Assembly: GCA_050633245.1 (NCBI GenBank)
Contig: JBOEGD010000026.1
Span: 98,360-159,987, forward strand
Direction: 5' to 3'
Length of the DNA: 61,628 bases
Source: Calditrichia bacterium
GTDB taxonomy: Bacteria > Calditrichota > Calditrichia > RBG-13-44-9 > J075
The translations under genes were made by a program, and so were the position numbers. Positions 10,195 to 19,020 of the stretch are shown piece by piece. Position 1 is the first letter of the stretch, and each line of letters opens with the position of its first letter. Under the pieces are notes generated by a model that saw only the letters and a program-made list of their open reading frames with translations, made no database searches and was not told the origin of the DNA.

Positions 10195-10698
10195 CTAACT
10201 CTTCTCCAGCTCATCCAACAGTTCCCGAATCTGAACTAACATGGCAGCTTGTGCCACTTTAAAGTCCACGCTGGCTGGTGGAATATCATTCCACTGAACA
10301 ATTTGGTTAGGCGTAAAAGACTGGAATGCCGACAAATTTGTGCCGATGGCAACGACTCGTGAAGACATCGTCACATCAGTTCTTGAAAGTGCTTGAGGCT
10401 TAAAAGCGCCTGCGTTAAACCCATCAGCTTCTAAAAGCGTCGCAATCTTCGGTGGAATGGCTTCGTATAAATCTATACCGCGAGATTCTGCGCGAACGTT
10501 AAGTCCACGCTTCTTTGCTTCCTTATTAAAAAGCTCCATCGCCATAACGCTTTTCACGGCTCCGTGTTCACATACCATAATTACCGGAGATAATGCTTCC
10601 CCTTTTACTTCACTTACTTTCTCAGCTTCGCCGGAGCTACAGCTGGCAATAAAAAATAAACTGACTACACTCAGAGAAAAACTAAATAGTGCTCTCAT
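10195..10698 (-). CDS. Lipoprotein with LMW-PTP/ArsC-like fold
   Basis: Lipobox IASC; VCEHGAVKSVMA P-loop-like, SRG, W.DIP motifs. Confidence 0.7.
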   Translation of the reverse strand: MRALFSFSLSVVSLFFIASCSSGEAEKVSEVKGEALSPVIMVCEHGAVKSVMAMELFNKEAKKRGLNVRAESRGIDLYEAIPPKIATLLEADGFNAGAFKPQALSRTDVTMSSRVVAIGTNLSAFQSFTPNQIVQWNDIPPASVDFKVAQAAMLVQIRELLDELEKS

Positions 10699-10886
10699 AT
10701 CTTCTCCTGATTAACACTCTTATACCAAAAATGCATAGGTTTTGTAGCGGGAGTAATTATTCGAAAAATGAAAAAGGTTTAAAATCAACTCAATAGCAAG
10801 TTAAAAACCAGTACAATCATAATAGCGGTATGATACTGTTATTACCAGTGAAATACGGTTTAAATTCAAATGTAAAGGAATCAACG

Positions 10887-11702
10887 ATGCCGTTAGAAAG
10901 CAAACACTTACTGCTGATAAAGCGAATTGCTACAGCGTATGGATTATTCTCCGCAGTAGAGGCCGTTGTTTTTTCCGGTTCATCAACAACCAGCGAAACG
11001 GACGCCAAATCTGACATCGATTTATATGTATATGTCACGGATGAGATAGCACTGGATGATCGCCGCAAGATAGCAGAGAGTGCATCCGAACGTGTCGATT
11101 TTGATAACCGTTTTTGGGAGCCCGGCGATGAGTGGGTAGATAACGAGACAGGCATTAAGGTGGACGTGATGTTTCGTCGTGTTCACTGGATTGAAGAACA
11201 ATTGGCGTGGGTGCTGGAACAGCATGAGGCTTCGGTTGGTTACTCTACCTGCTTCTGGCACAATGTAAATACCTCGCAGATATTGCTGGATAAAAATGGC
11301 TGGTTTGGCAGATTACAGCAGTTGGCAAACAGGCCTTATCCTGAGCAACTTCAGCGAAACATTATTGCCAAGAACTATCCAATTTTGCGTGATACGCTTT
11401 CTTCATATCGCACTCAAATTGAGACAGCGGTTGCACGGGAAGACTGGATCAGCGTGAATCACCGCATCGCGGCATTACTGACCAGTTACTTCGATATCCT
11501 GTTTGCGTTAAACAAACTACCGCATCCCGGGGAAAAACGATTGCTAAACATCGCAACATCCAACTGTAAAATACGTCCAGATAAAATGAAAGAACAGGTT
11601 GGAAATGTACTGCAGCCTTCCTCAAAGAAAGGCAGCGTTGTATTGTCTGTGGATGAATTAATTGATGGCCTGGATCGAACTATCAGCGAGAATGTGGACT
11701 AA
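10887..11702 (+). CDS. Nucleotidyltransferase-domain protein (DUF4037-associated)
   Basis: GS......D..SDIDLY NTase motif; SYFDILFALN...HPGEKR C-terminal domain; AAGGA RBS before ATG 10887. Confidence 0.85.
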   Translation: MPLESKHLLLIKRIATAYGLFSAVEAVVFSGSSTTSETDAKSDIDLYVYVTDEIALDDRRKIAESASERVDFDNRFWEPGDEWVDNETGIKVDVMFRRVHWIEEQLAWVLEQHEASVGYSTCFWHNVNTSQILLDKNGWFGRLQQLANRPYPEQLQRNIIAKNYPILRDTLSSYRTQIETAVAREDWISVNHRIAALLTSYFDILFALNKLPHPGEKRLLNIATSNCKIRPDKMKEQVGNVLQPSSKKGSVVLSVDELIDGLDRTISENVD

Positions 11703-11757
11703 GAAAGCTGTTACTTTGTCGGAGCATATTGTAGGTCAAAGCAAAAGGTGATTAAAA

Positions 11758-11916
11758 ATGAATACGAGTGAAAAGAAGCCTCGCCGTAAAGCTAATGGTA
11801 TTGCTATTGGCTTGGCAATAGGAGTAGCCGTTGGTGTAGCATTGAATAACATCGCGCTTGGAATTAGTCTCGGACTTGTTTTTGGCGCCAGTTATGAAAT
11901 GCAGCCCCGAAAATAA
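11758..11916 (+). CDS. 52-aa glycine-zipper membrane peptide (not in ORF track)
   Basis: My translation: MNTSEKKPRRKANGIAIGLAIGVAVGVALNNIALGISLGLVFGASYEMQPRK*; GxxxG repeats; AGGTG RBS. Confidence 0.75.
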   Translation: MNTSEKKPRRKANGIAIGLAIGVAVGVALNNIALGISLGLVFGASYEMQPRK

Positions 11917-12139
11917 TGATGCTTTGCTAAGCACGTAGAGCCTATTCTTTCAATTACATCCGCCAAACCTCTTGAAGAAGTCCTCCCTGAATTATATATT
12001 CAGTTATGGAAATGCATAAAACTGCATTCTCTCACCTATACTAAATATCGTTTCAGAGACCCTGATTATCCGAAAGGTGGCTGCACTCCAATCCGATATG
12101 TCAAATCATCCTTCATCATAATCCATCGCGAGGGCATGT

Positions 12140-12487
12140 ATGATTCACTATCAGCAAAAGCTGGATAAGTTGATTAAACGGATATTAAACGGGCCAGGAG
12201 AGGCTAGCGTCGAACTAAGACAATCGGTTGCCGCAAAGGCAGCAGAATACAGCGGACAGGCAGCAGCTTCCGATATACCAGATGATCTATCCGTATGGGT
12301 AGAGAAGGTTTCCCTTCATGCCTATAAAACCACCGATGAAGATATTGATCAGTTAAAAGCTGCTGGCTATTCGGAAGATCAGATCTTCGAAATAACGCTC
12401 GCAACGGCATTGGGGGCTGCGCGTTCACGGCTTCACTCTGCACTCCGCGTTGTCGATGCATTGAAGGAGGTGCCGCATGAGGCTTGA
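12140..12487 (+). CDS. AhpD/carboxymuconolactone-decarboxylase-like protein (Cys-free)
   Basis: KV...AYK.TDEDI..L.AAGYSEDQIFE.T...A.GA motif; stop overlaps the start of the next gene. Confidence 0.8.
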   Translation: MIHYQQKLDKLIKRILNGPGEASVELRQSVAAKAAEYSGQAAASDIPDDLSVWVEKVSLHAYKTTDEDIDQLKAAGYSEDQIFEITLATALGAARSRLHSALRVVDALKEVPHEA

Positions 12488-13061
12488 AAATCTAAATAGC
12501 GGTCACGGTCTCAAAGCAAAGTTTATCATGAAAATGATAAAGCTGATCATGGGGGAAGCCCCACCAGACGTAGTGCGTCTGCTACAGTATCGCCCGGATT
12601 TTTTCGGCAAGGAATATTCCTCTCTGTTACAAGATATTATGCGAAAAAGTAAAGGGTGGGGTGTTGGGGAACTCGAGCTTTTTGCGGCATTTGTTTCAGG
12701 CAAAAATCAATGCCCTTTCTGAACGGCTTCACATGGCGCGGTCGCGTCACAAGTTTTGGGTGAAGATACGGTTCAGGCGGTACTCGATGATTATGAAACG
12801 GCAGACATTGATGAGAAAACACGAACAATGCTCCGCTTTCTGGAAAAAATGACGCTGCATCCCGGTGACTTAACTGTCGAAGATGCACTGCCACTGCGTG
12901 CGGTTGGCCTTAGCGATGAAGCTATTGAAGATGCCATTATGGTGAGCTTTATGTTTAATTGGATGGATCGCCTGGCCGATTCATTTAAATACTATAACCC
13001 CGGTAGCGAATCGCACAACAAAGCCAGCGAGTATTTGCTGAAAAATGGATACAAGATGTAA
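12477..13061 (+). CDS. AhpD-like peroxidase-related selenoprotein (194 aa; in-frame UGA at 12720-12722 read as Sec)
   Basis: ORFs 12477-12722 and 12756-13061 are in the same frame; read-through gives ELFAAFVSGKNQCPF-U-TASHG, matching the AhpD CxxCxxxH motif; SECIS-like hairpin follows. Confidence 0.85.
12726..12754 (+). promoter_or_regulatory. Candidate bacterial SECIS element
   Basis: Upper stem TGGCGC/GCGTCA (12734-12749) with GGTC loop starts 11 nt after the UGA; lower pairing GCTT/AAGT. Confidence 0.7.
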
Positions 13062-13063
13062 TG

Positions 13064-13135
13064 GAATTGATGAATTATGATTGGTGAGTTATGATTGGTG
13101 AATTATCAGTCATGATTCATCATTCATCAATTCTA
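13064..13135. repeat. Degenerate heptamer tandem/inverted repeats (TGATGAA/ATTCATC type)
   Basis: GAATTGATGAATTATGATTGGTGAGTTATGATTGGTGAATTAT then ATTCATCATTCATCAATTC; similar tracts at 1-24 and 17136-17158. Confidence 0.7.
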
Positions 13136-13414
13136 TAGTTTATACTTTCTTTATCGGTTCGCAGTTAAAACGTGAACATTTTTTATTATCTTTTTAGTAG
13201 AGTAACCGTCAGCAATCTTCCATTATCTTCGAACCTTAGGCGATTCGCCAAAATAAGATTGGCAATATCGCTGTTGCATTCATATTATGAATAATTGTTC
13301 GTGTTGCGAACAAACCATCCTGTTTAGAAAACATGTTTTGAACATGAAACCCGGGATTCTTCAGAACGGTTTCCTGGTGTTATCTCTAACCACATGTATA
13401 AGTCCGGAGATTTT

Positions 13415-15370
13415 ATGACTGACGATGTCCCAAGGTTAAATTGGTTTCGAGTACTCGATTTGGGTGAACTGCCCGAAGGTCGTGTAATGACGGTGACAGC
13501 CGGGCATGTAAGTCTGGCGATGACGCATTATGATGGAAAAATTAACGCGCTCGATAATGCTTGCCCGCATCAGGGTGGTCCGCTTGGTGAGGGTTCGATC
13601 GAAAACGGTTGGCTACGTTGCCCGTGGCACGGCTGGGATTTTTGTCCGCATAGCGGAAATTCCCCCGGTGGGCACGATGATGGTGTTGCGACACATCCGG
13701 TAGAAATTCGTGAAGACGGTGTGTATGTCGGATTAGTAGAAGAAGCTCCGCATACGCGCACTGTTACCGACGTGATGGCTGAGACCATGGTAAATTGGGG
13801 CATTACTCATGTCTTTGGAATGGTTGGGCACTCGAACCTCGGTTTGGCAGATGCACTGCGTCGTCAGGAAGAAGCGGGAAAGCTAACCTTTATCGGTATC
13901 CGACATGAAGGAGCGGCTTCATTTGCAGCCTCTGCCTTTGCCAAGCTTACCGGAAAACCTGCCGCCTGTTTAGCTATTGCCGGACCGGGCGCAACAAATC
14001 TGCTCACTGGTCTGTGGGATGCAAAAGTAGATCGCGCACCGATACTTGCTCTTACCGGACAAGTCGATACTCAGGTGCTCGGACCGGGCGCTTTTCAGGA
14101 AGTGGATCTATCTGCAGCATTCTCAGCGGTAAGTGCATTTAGCAAAACCGTTTTGCACGATAGTCGCCATGCCGAGCTGATGAATCTCGCCATTAAAAAT
14201 GCAGTCCTGAAGCGCGATGTCTCTCATTTAATTTTCCCTGATGAGGTTCAGACGCTTCCCGCCAGGGAAAAGGCAAAAGCCGGTAGTCCGGTTGGACGCA
14301 TCTCCTCACCGGAAATTACGCCGCCTGCTTCCTCTATGAAAAAAGCAATTGCCCTGTTGAAAAAGTCGAAGCGTCCGGTGATTATTGTGGGACATGGCGC
14401 GCGTTTCAATATGAAGGCAATTATTGCTTTTGCAAAAACTCATAAAATTCCGGTGGTAACAACCTTTAAGGCAAAAGGATTGATTGCTGATAATCATCCA
14501 TTGGGCTGTGGTGTGCTGGGACGAAGCGGAACGCCAATTGCCAGCTGGTTTATGAATGAAGCCGATTGCTTATTAGTGCTGGGAGCTTCTTTTTCAAACC
14601 ATACCGGCATTACTCCAAAAAAACCAATTATTCAAGTCGATTTTGACCAGATGGCACTGGGGCGCTTTCATCCGGTAACCGTTCCGGTCTGGGGCGAGAT
14701 TAGTGTGGTGATGGCCGAGCTGCGTAAGGTGCTGAAAGGTAAGATGACCAATATTAATCAAACCAAAGAAGTAGCCACTCGCTGGAAAATATGGCGTGAA
14801 GAAAAGAAAAGTAGAGAGCAGGACGATCGCAGAAAGGGTATTAGCTCTGTAAGTATCTTCAATGCGATGAATAGACAAATTCCCAAAAATGCCGTAATTG
14901 CCGTGGATGTTGGTAATAACACCTATTCCTTTGGGCGCTATTTTGAGTGCAGTGGTGAGCAGTCTATTCTGATGTCCGGTTATCTCGGTTCAATTGGATT
15001 TGGCTTTCCGGCAGCAATGGGTGCCTGGGCGGCAGCTCCGGACAGGCCGATTATTTGCGTTAGCGGAGATGGTGGCTATGGGCAATATCTTGCCGAGTTA
15101 ACCACGGCTGTAAAATACGAAATGAACATTACTCACGTCTTGCTGAACAACAGTGAGCTGGGTAAAATATCGAAGGAACAACGAGCCGGTAACTGGGATG
15201 TATGGCAGACCAGCCTGAAAAACCCGAACTTTGCGAAGTATGCGAAGAACTGTGGTGCGCTGGGAATTCGCGTGAAGAAGGCCGAGCAGCTCGATGATGC
15301 GATAAAAGAAGCATTAGCGCACAACGGCCCGGCAGTTGTTGAAGTCGTTGCCGACGTTATGTTGATCTGA
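13415..15370 (+). CDS. Rieske [2Fe-2S]-fused ThDP-dependent enzyme (pyruvate oxidase/acetolactate synthase-like)
   Basis: CPHQG...CPWHG Rieske ligands; IRHE, GPGATN, GDGG...NN ThDP motif; GGAGA RBS before ATG 13415. Confidence 0.9.
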   Translation: MTDDVPRLNWFRVLDLGELPEGRVMTVTAGHVSLAMTHYDGKINALDNACPHQGGPLGEGSIENGWLRCPWHGWDFCPHSGNSPGGHDDGVATHPVEIREDGVYVGLVEEAPHTRTVTDVMAETMVNWGITHVFGMVGHSNLGLADALRRQEEAGKLTFIGIRHEGAASFAASAFAKLTGKPAACLAIAGPGATNLLTGLWDAKVDRAPILALTGQVDTQVLGPGAFQEVDLSAAFSAVSAFSKTVLHDSRHAELMNLAIKNAVLKRDVSHLIFPDEVQTLPAREKAKAGSPVGRISSPEITPPASSMKKAIALLKKSKRPVIIVGHGARFNMKAIIAFAKTHKIPVVTTFKAKGLIADNHPLGCGVLGRSGTPIASWFMNEADCLLVLGASFSNHTGITPKKPIIQVDFDQMALGRFHPVTVPVWGEISVVMAELRKVLKGKMTNINQTKEVATRWKIWREEKKSREQDDRRKGISSVSIFNAMNRQIPKNAVIAVDVGNNTYSFGRYFECSGEQSILMSGYLGSIGFGFPAAMGAWAAAPDRPIICVSGDGGYGQYLAELTTAVKYEMNITHVLLNNSELGKISKEQRAGNWDVWQTSLKNPNFAKYAKNCGALGIRVKKAEQLDDAIKEALAHNGPAVVEVVADVMLI

Positions 15371-15408
15371 TATAGCACGAAAAGATGTTGTGCTAAGCAA
15401 CTGAAAGG

Positions 15409-15495
15409 TGTCATACTGAGCGGAGTCGAAGTAGGCATCTTTTCAAAACAATAGCAAACTAAGACCTTTGCGCTTCGACTCCGCTCAGCGCGACA
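15409..15495. repeat. REP-like inverted pair
   Basis: TGTCATACTGAGCGGAGTCGAAG (15409-15431) and CTTCGACTCCGCTCAGCGCGACA (15473-15495). Confidence 0.85.
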
Positions 15496-15520
15496 AGTAG
15501 AAACACAAACCGGGAAACCT

Positions 15521-17137
15521 ATGAAAAAGAAAATTGCGATTTACGATTGGGATAAACTGGAAGACCGCAAACCTGCTTATGCATTGGTTCGCAATACCGA
15601 TTTAGTTGTTGTGCGCTTTGATGATACGGTCTCCGTGTTATATGGGCGATGTTTGCATCGTGGTGCATTAATGTCCGATGGACATGTAGATGGAGATAAC
15701 CTGATTTGCGGCGTGCACGACTGGGACTATCGTCTTGATACCGGCGTCAGTGAATATGATAATCATGAGGTGCTCCATAAATTCACGTCTGTTATCGAAG
15801 ACGGCAAGGTGTGGATTGATGAAGCTGAAATTGAGGAATATGAAGATAATTCTCCAATAGCCATAGATCGCGACGGTTACCTAGGGTTATATGAGGCCAC
15901 TCATCCTGCGGGTGAAGAGCCAAAGACCTCCGAGATCCACCGTTTTGCCAAGCACGGTCTGGATCTGGACGGTCATCATGGTCCGGTGTCTTCAATGGGC
16001 GTAAGCTCGCAGCTTTTGCCAAAGTGGGATGACATTCAGATCCTGCCGGCTCAGTTAGCTCGCCAGCCGCACCTGGAAGATGTGGCGGTTTCGACTGATG
16101 TTGTAATCGGTCCGAACGCAAAAAAACCGCTGACGCTTAAAATTCCGCTCTTTGTATCCGACATGAGTTTTGGTGCGCTGTCTGAAGAATCCAAAATTGC
16201 CCTGGCGCGTGGCGCTGAAATGGCCGGAACCGGAATTTGCTCTGGTGAAGGGGGCATGTTGCCCGAAGAGCAGGAAGAAAACAGCCGCTATTTCTATGAG
16301 TTGGCGTCGGCGATGTTTGGCTATAAGCAAGAGCTGCTTTCTAAGGTTCAGGCGTTTCACTTTAAAGGTGGACAGGGAGCCAAAACCGGTACTGGTGGAC
16401 ATTTACCGGGACATAAAAATAAGGGCAAGATTAGCCAGGTACGTAACATAAAAGAAGGCACGTCTGCTATTTCTCCACCGCGCTTTAAGGAATTGACAAG
16501 TGAGGCTGCACTTAAAGAATTCTCGGACGAGATTCGTGATTTTACCGGTGGCATTCCGATTGGGTATAAGCTTTCTGCAAATCATATCGAAGAGGATATC
16601 GATTCAGCAATCCGCGTTGGTGTGGACTACATTATTCTGGACGGTCGTGGTGGAGCAACCGGTGCCGCCCCACTGATCTTTCGCGATCACATTTCAGTAC
16701 CGACTATTCCGGCATTGGTTCGTGCTCGCCATCATCTGGATAAGCGTGGACGTAGTGACATTTCGCTGGTGATTACCGGTGGACTGCGCACCGCTCCGGA
16801 CTTTATTAAGGCGATGGCGTTGGGTGCCGATGCAATTGCGGTATCGAACTCGGCGATTCAGGCAATTGGTTGTCAGGCAATGCGCGCCTGCCATACCAAT
16901 AACTGTCCGGTAGGTATTGCTACACAGCAGGAACATCTGCGCAAACGTCTAGATATTCAGCTCTCTGCTCTGCGCCTAAAGCGGTTCTTCGAAGCCTCAG
17001 TAGAGCTAATGCAGGTAATGGCACGCGCCTGTTCACATACTCATCTGAATGAATTCTGTGTAGATGACCTAACCACATTTAATCGTGACATGGCGTATCT
17101 GACCGGCGTGAAGTATGGTGGTGTGGTACCGCTTTAA
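15521..17137 (+). CDS. Rieske-fused FMN-binding glutamate synthase-related protein
   Basis: CLHRG...CGVHDW Rieske motif; MSFGALS, SGEGG, GQGAK.G.GGHLPG.K, DGRGGATGAAP, C...RACHTNNCP.G [3Fe-4S] motif; no glutaminase domain. Confidence 0.9.
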   Translation: MKKKIAIYDWDKLEDRKPAYALVRNTDLVVVRFDDTVSVLYGRCLHRGALMSDGHVDGDNLICGVHDWDYRLDTGVSEYDNHEVLHKFTSVIEDGKVWIDEAEIEEYEDNSPIAIDRDGYLGLYEATHPAGEEPKTSEIHRFAKHGLDLDGHHGPVSSMGVSSQLLPKWDDIQILPAQLARQPHLEDVAVSTDVVIGPNAKKPLTLKIPLFVSDMSFGALSEESKIALARGAEMAGTGICSGEGGMLPEEQEENSRYFYELASAMFGYKQELLSKVQAFHFKGGQGAKTGTGGHLPGHKNKGKISQVRNIKEGTSAISPPRFKELTSEAALKEFSDEIRDFTGGIPIGYKLSANHIEEDIDSAIRVGVDYIILDGRGGATGAAPLIFRDHISVPTIPALVRARHHLDKRGRSDISLVITGGLRTAPDFIKAMALGADAIAVSNSAIQAIGCQAMRACHTNNCPVGIATQQEHLRKRLDIQLSALRLKRFFEASVELMQVMARACSHTHLNEFCVDDLTTFNRDMAYLTGVKYGGVVPL

Positions 17138-17267
17138 TTGATGAATGATGAATTATGATCGTTCATTGTCCATTTGACATTGTTCAATAGTACCCTCATC
17201 GTTTCGAAGTTAATCGTTACGCCGAGGGGAGTCGAGGTGCTACAATTGATAATTTAGAGAGGTACCT

Positions 17268-17606
17268 ATGCTTCGTAATGTCATCTGCGCTTTTGTGTTG
17301 ACACTTGCACTTTTTAGCAGTTGTATGAGCTACAAATCCGTATCCCGCACAGATAGTCCGGCGATTGCCGGAGAAAGAGTGCAGGTGTATTTGAATACTG
17401 GCGAGAAATTTACTTTTGTTGTAATCCAGGCAACTCCAGATAGTCTCTGGGGAGAAAATATTACTATTGCACAATCTGATATCGCCGTTCTGAAAAAGAA
17501 AAAGATTAGTGCCGGACGAAGCCTCATTGCCGGAGTTGGACTTTTTTATTTATCACTGGTAGTCGCAGTTGTCGCTGGTCTGGCAGCTTTAGCCGCAGCT
17601 AATTGA
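17268..17606 (+). CDS. Small lipoprotein with C-terminal TM segment
   Basis: GAGAGG RBS; lipobox FSSC; hydrophobic tail. Confidence 0.7.
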   Translation: MLRNVICAFVLTLALFSSCMSYKSVSRTDSPAIAGERVQVYLNTGEKFTFVVIQATPDSLWGENITIAQSDIAVLKKKKISAGRSLIAGVGLFYLSLVVAVVAGLAALAAAN

Positions 17607-17632
17607 TTGTTTTCAGATCCCTGACACATAAT

Positions 17633-18196
17633 ATGTCTGAAGTAAGACCCACGCTATCGTTCTCCTGCATTGATTGGCTGATAATAGGGTTCTGTCTGTT
17701 CTTCATAGGCACTGAATGTCTGTCCTGGCTTTCAACGAATGGTGCCTGGGATCCACTGAATCCCCGAAATCCATATTTTGAATATTATGCGAATCCGGTA
17801 ATTCGCCTCCTGGTTTTTGGGGCTATTGTAATTGACCTGCTCATCATCTTTTCTATAGTGTCCTTAAAGCAAAGTGGGGCAACGTCTGCTTTGCGTATCA
17901 TGGTACTCTTGCTGATTGTTGTTGCGATTGGACTTATTTGGACAGAACTTTGGTTTGGCAGTACATTTTACTACGGTGAGGTACGGGATAAGCAAGGCTT
18001 ACCATTTAGCGTGAACAACTTTGGGCTTTTGGGAAGCGTGCTTTTTACGGCCTATTTTGTTTGGCTCTTACCCACCGACAAGAAAAAATCACCGTGGATA
18101 ACAGCGCTAAAATTGATCATAATAATTGCCTTAATTAGTGGGCAAATTGCCTTGTTCAATTCGTTAGAAGAAGCCTGGAAGCTGTGGCAGTCTTAA
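17633..18196 (+). CDS. Hypothetical integral membrane protein
   Basis: About 5 TM segments; ELWFGSTFYYGEVRDKQGLPF loop; start at ATG 17633 or TTG 17603. Confidence 0.7.
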   Translation: MSEVRPTLSFSCIDWLIIGFCLFFIGTECLSWLSTNGAWDPLNPRNPYFEYYANPVIRLLVFGAIVIDLLIIFSIVSLKQSGATSALRIMVLLLIVVAIGLIWTELWFGSTFYYGEVRDKQGLPFSVNNFGLLGSVLFTAYFVWLLPTDKKKSPWITALKLIIIIALISGQIALFNSLEEAWKLWQS

Positions 18197-18356
18197 GGCC
18201 GGTAGCAAACGTTATCCTAATATTTATGCTCGTTCTATTGCTTTTGGCAGTTTCATTAGCAATGTCGAAAGGCTCAATCTGAGTCAACGGGCCTTTTCGG
18301 ATCTAATTTTTAACTTAATGCCATCCTCAACTAATAAGCGCAATTATATTTTAAGT

Positions 18357-18392
18357 TTGCGTGTAGCATGGTAGCCGTGCTATAATGCTATT
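18357..18392 (+). promoter_or_regulatory. higBA promoter with overlapping operator
   Basis: TTGCGT-N18-TATAAT with extended TGn; inverted repeat TAGCATGG-tag-CCGTGCTA (18364-18382); GTG start 6 nt after the -10. Confidence 0.7.
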
Positions 18393-18689
18393 GTGATACG
18401 ATCTTTTGCTAACTCTGCCTCAGAAGATATTTTTAATGGCTATAGGTCAAAGCCTGCAAGGAAATTGCTGCCAGCAAATTTATGGCGGATTGCAGCTAGA
18501 AAACTCGATCAGCTTGATTCAGCTGAAAGCCTAGAGGATATGAAAGTTCCACCAGGCAATCGACTGGAGCTACTTAAGGGGGATCGAAAAGGTCAATATA
18601 GTATTCGCATCAACGACCAGTATCGAGTTTGTTTCCTTTGGGAAATAAGTGATGCAAAAGAAGTAGAAATAGTCGATTATCACAAATAG
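18393..18689 (+). CDS. higB: HigB (RelE/ParE superfamily) toxin
   Basis: PPGNRLE.LKGDR.GQYSIRINDQYR.CF.W...VEIVDYH. Confidence 0.95.
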   Translation: MIRSFANSASEDIFNGYRSKPARKLLPANLWRIAARKLDQLDSAESLEDMKVPPGNRLELLKGDRKGQYSIRINDQYRVCFLWEISDAKEVEIVDYHK

Positions 18690-18705
18690 AAACGAGAAGA
18701 ACGAT

Positions 18706-19020
18706 ATGGTAAGAGTCCCAACACATCGAACACCAATGCATCCAGGCGAAATGCTATTGGAAGAATTTCTCCTTCCGTTAGACATTACCCAGCGCGAATT
18801 ATCGCATGCAATCCATGTTCCTTACCAACGCGTAAATGAATTGGTCAATGGACGTCGGGGGATGACGCCGGGAACGGCATTGCGGTTAGCAAAATACTTT
18901 GGTATGTCTGCCGGGTTTTGGATGAATTTACAACTTCGGTGGGATTTGTATCATGCTCAGAAAGCTGAACAAGAAACGCTGAAAGCTATTCGTGGCAGGA
19001 AAAAAACAAATCCCGTTTAA
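18706..19020 (+). CDS. higA: HigA antitoxin
   Basis: HPGE.L.EEFL, HTH, TALRLAKYF...FW.NLQ..WDL. Confidence 0.95.
   Translation: MVRVPTHRTPMHPGEMLLEEFLLPLDITQRELSHAIHVPYQRVNELVNGRRGMTPGTALRLAKYFGMSAGFWMNLQLRWDLYHAQKAEQETLKAIRGRKKTNPV

Noticed and set aside
11752-11934. Listed 60-aa minus-strand ORF
   Set aside because: Antisense shadow of the plus-strand glycine-zipper gene
12756-13061. Separate 101-aa gene starting at TTG
   Set aside because: No RBS; better explained as the C-terminal half of the UGA read-through protein
13140-13410. TPP riboswitch ahead of the ThDP enzyme
   Set aside because: Conserved GCTGAGA and CCTGA...GCG.AGG elements not found
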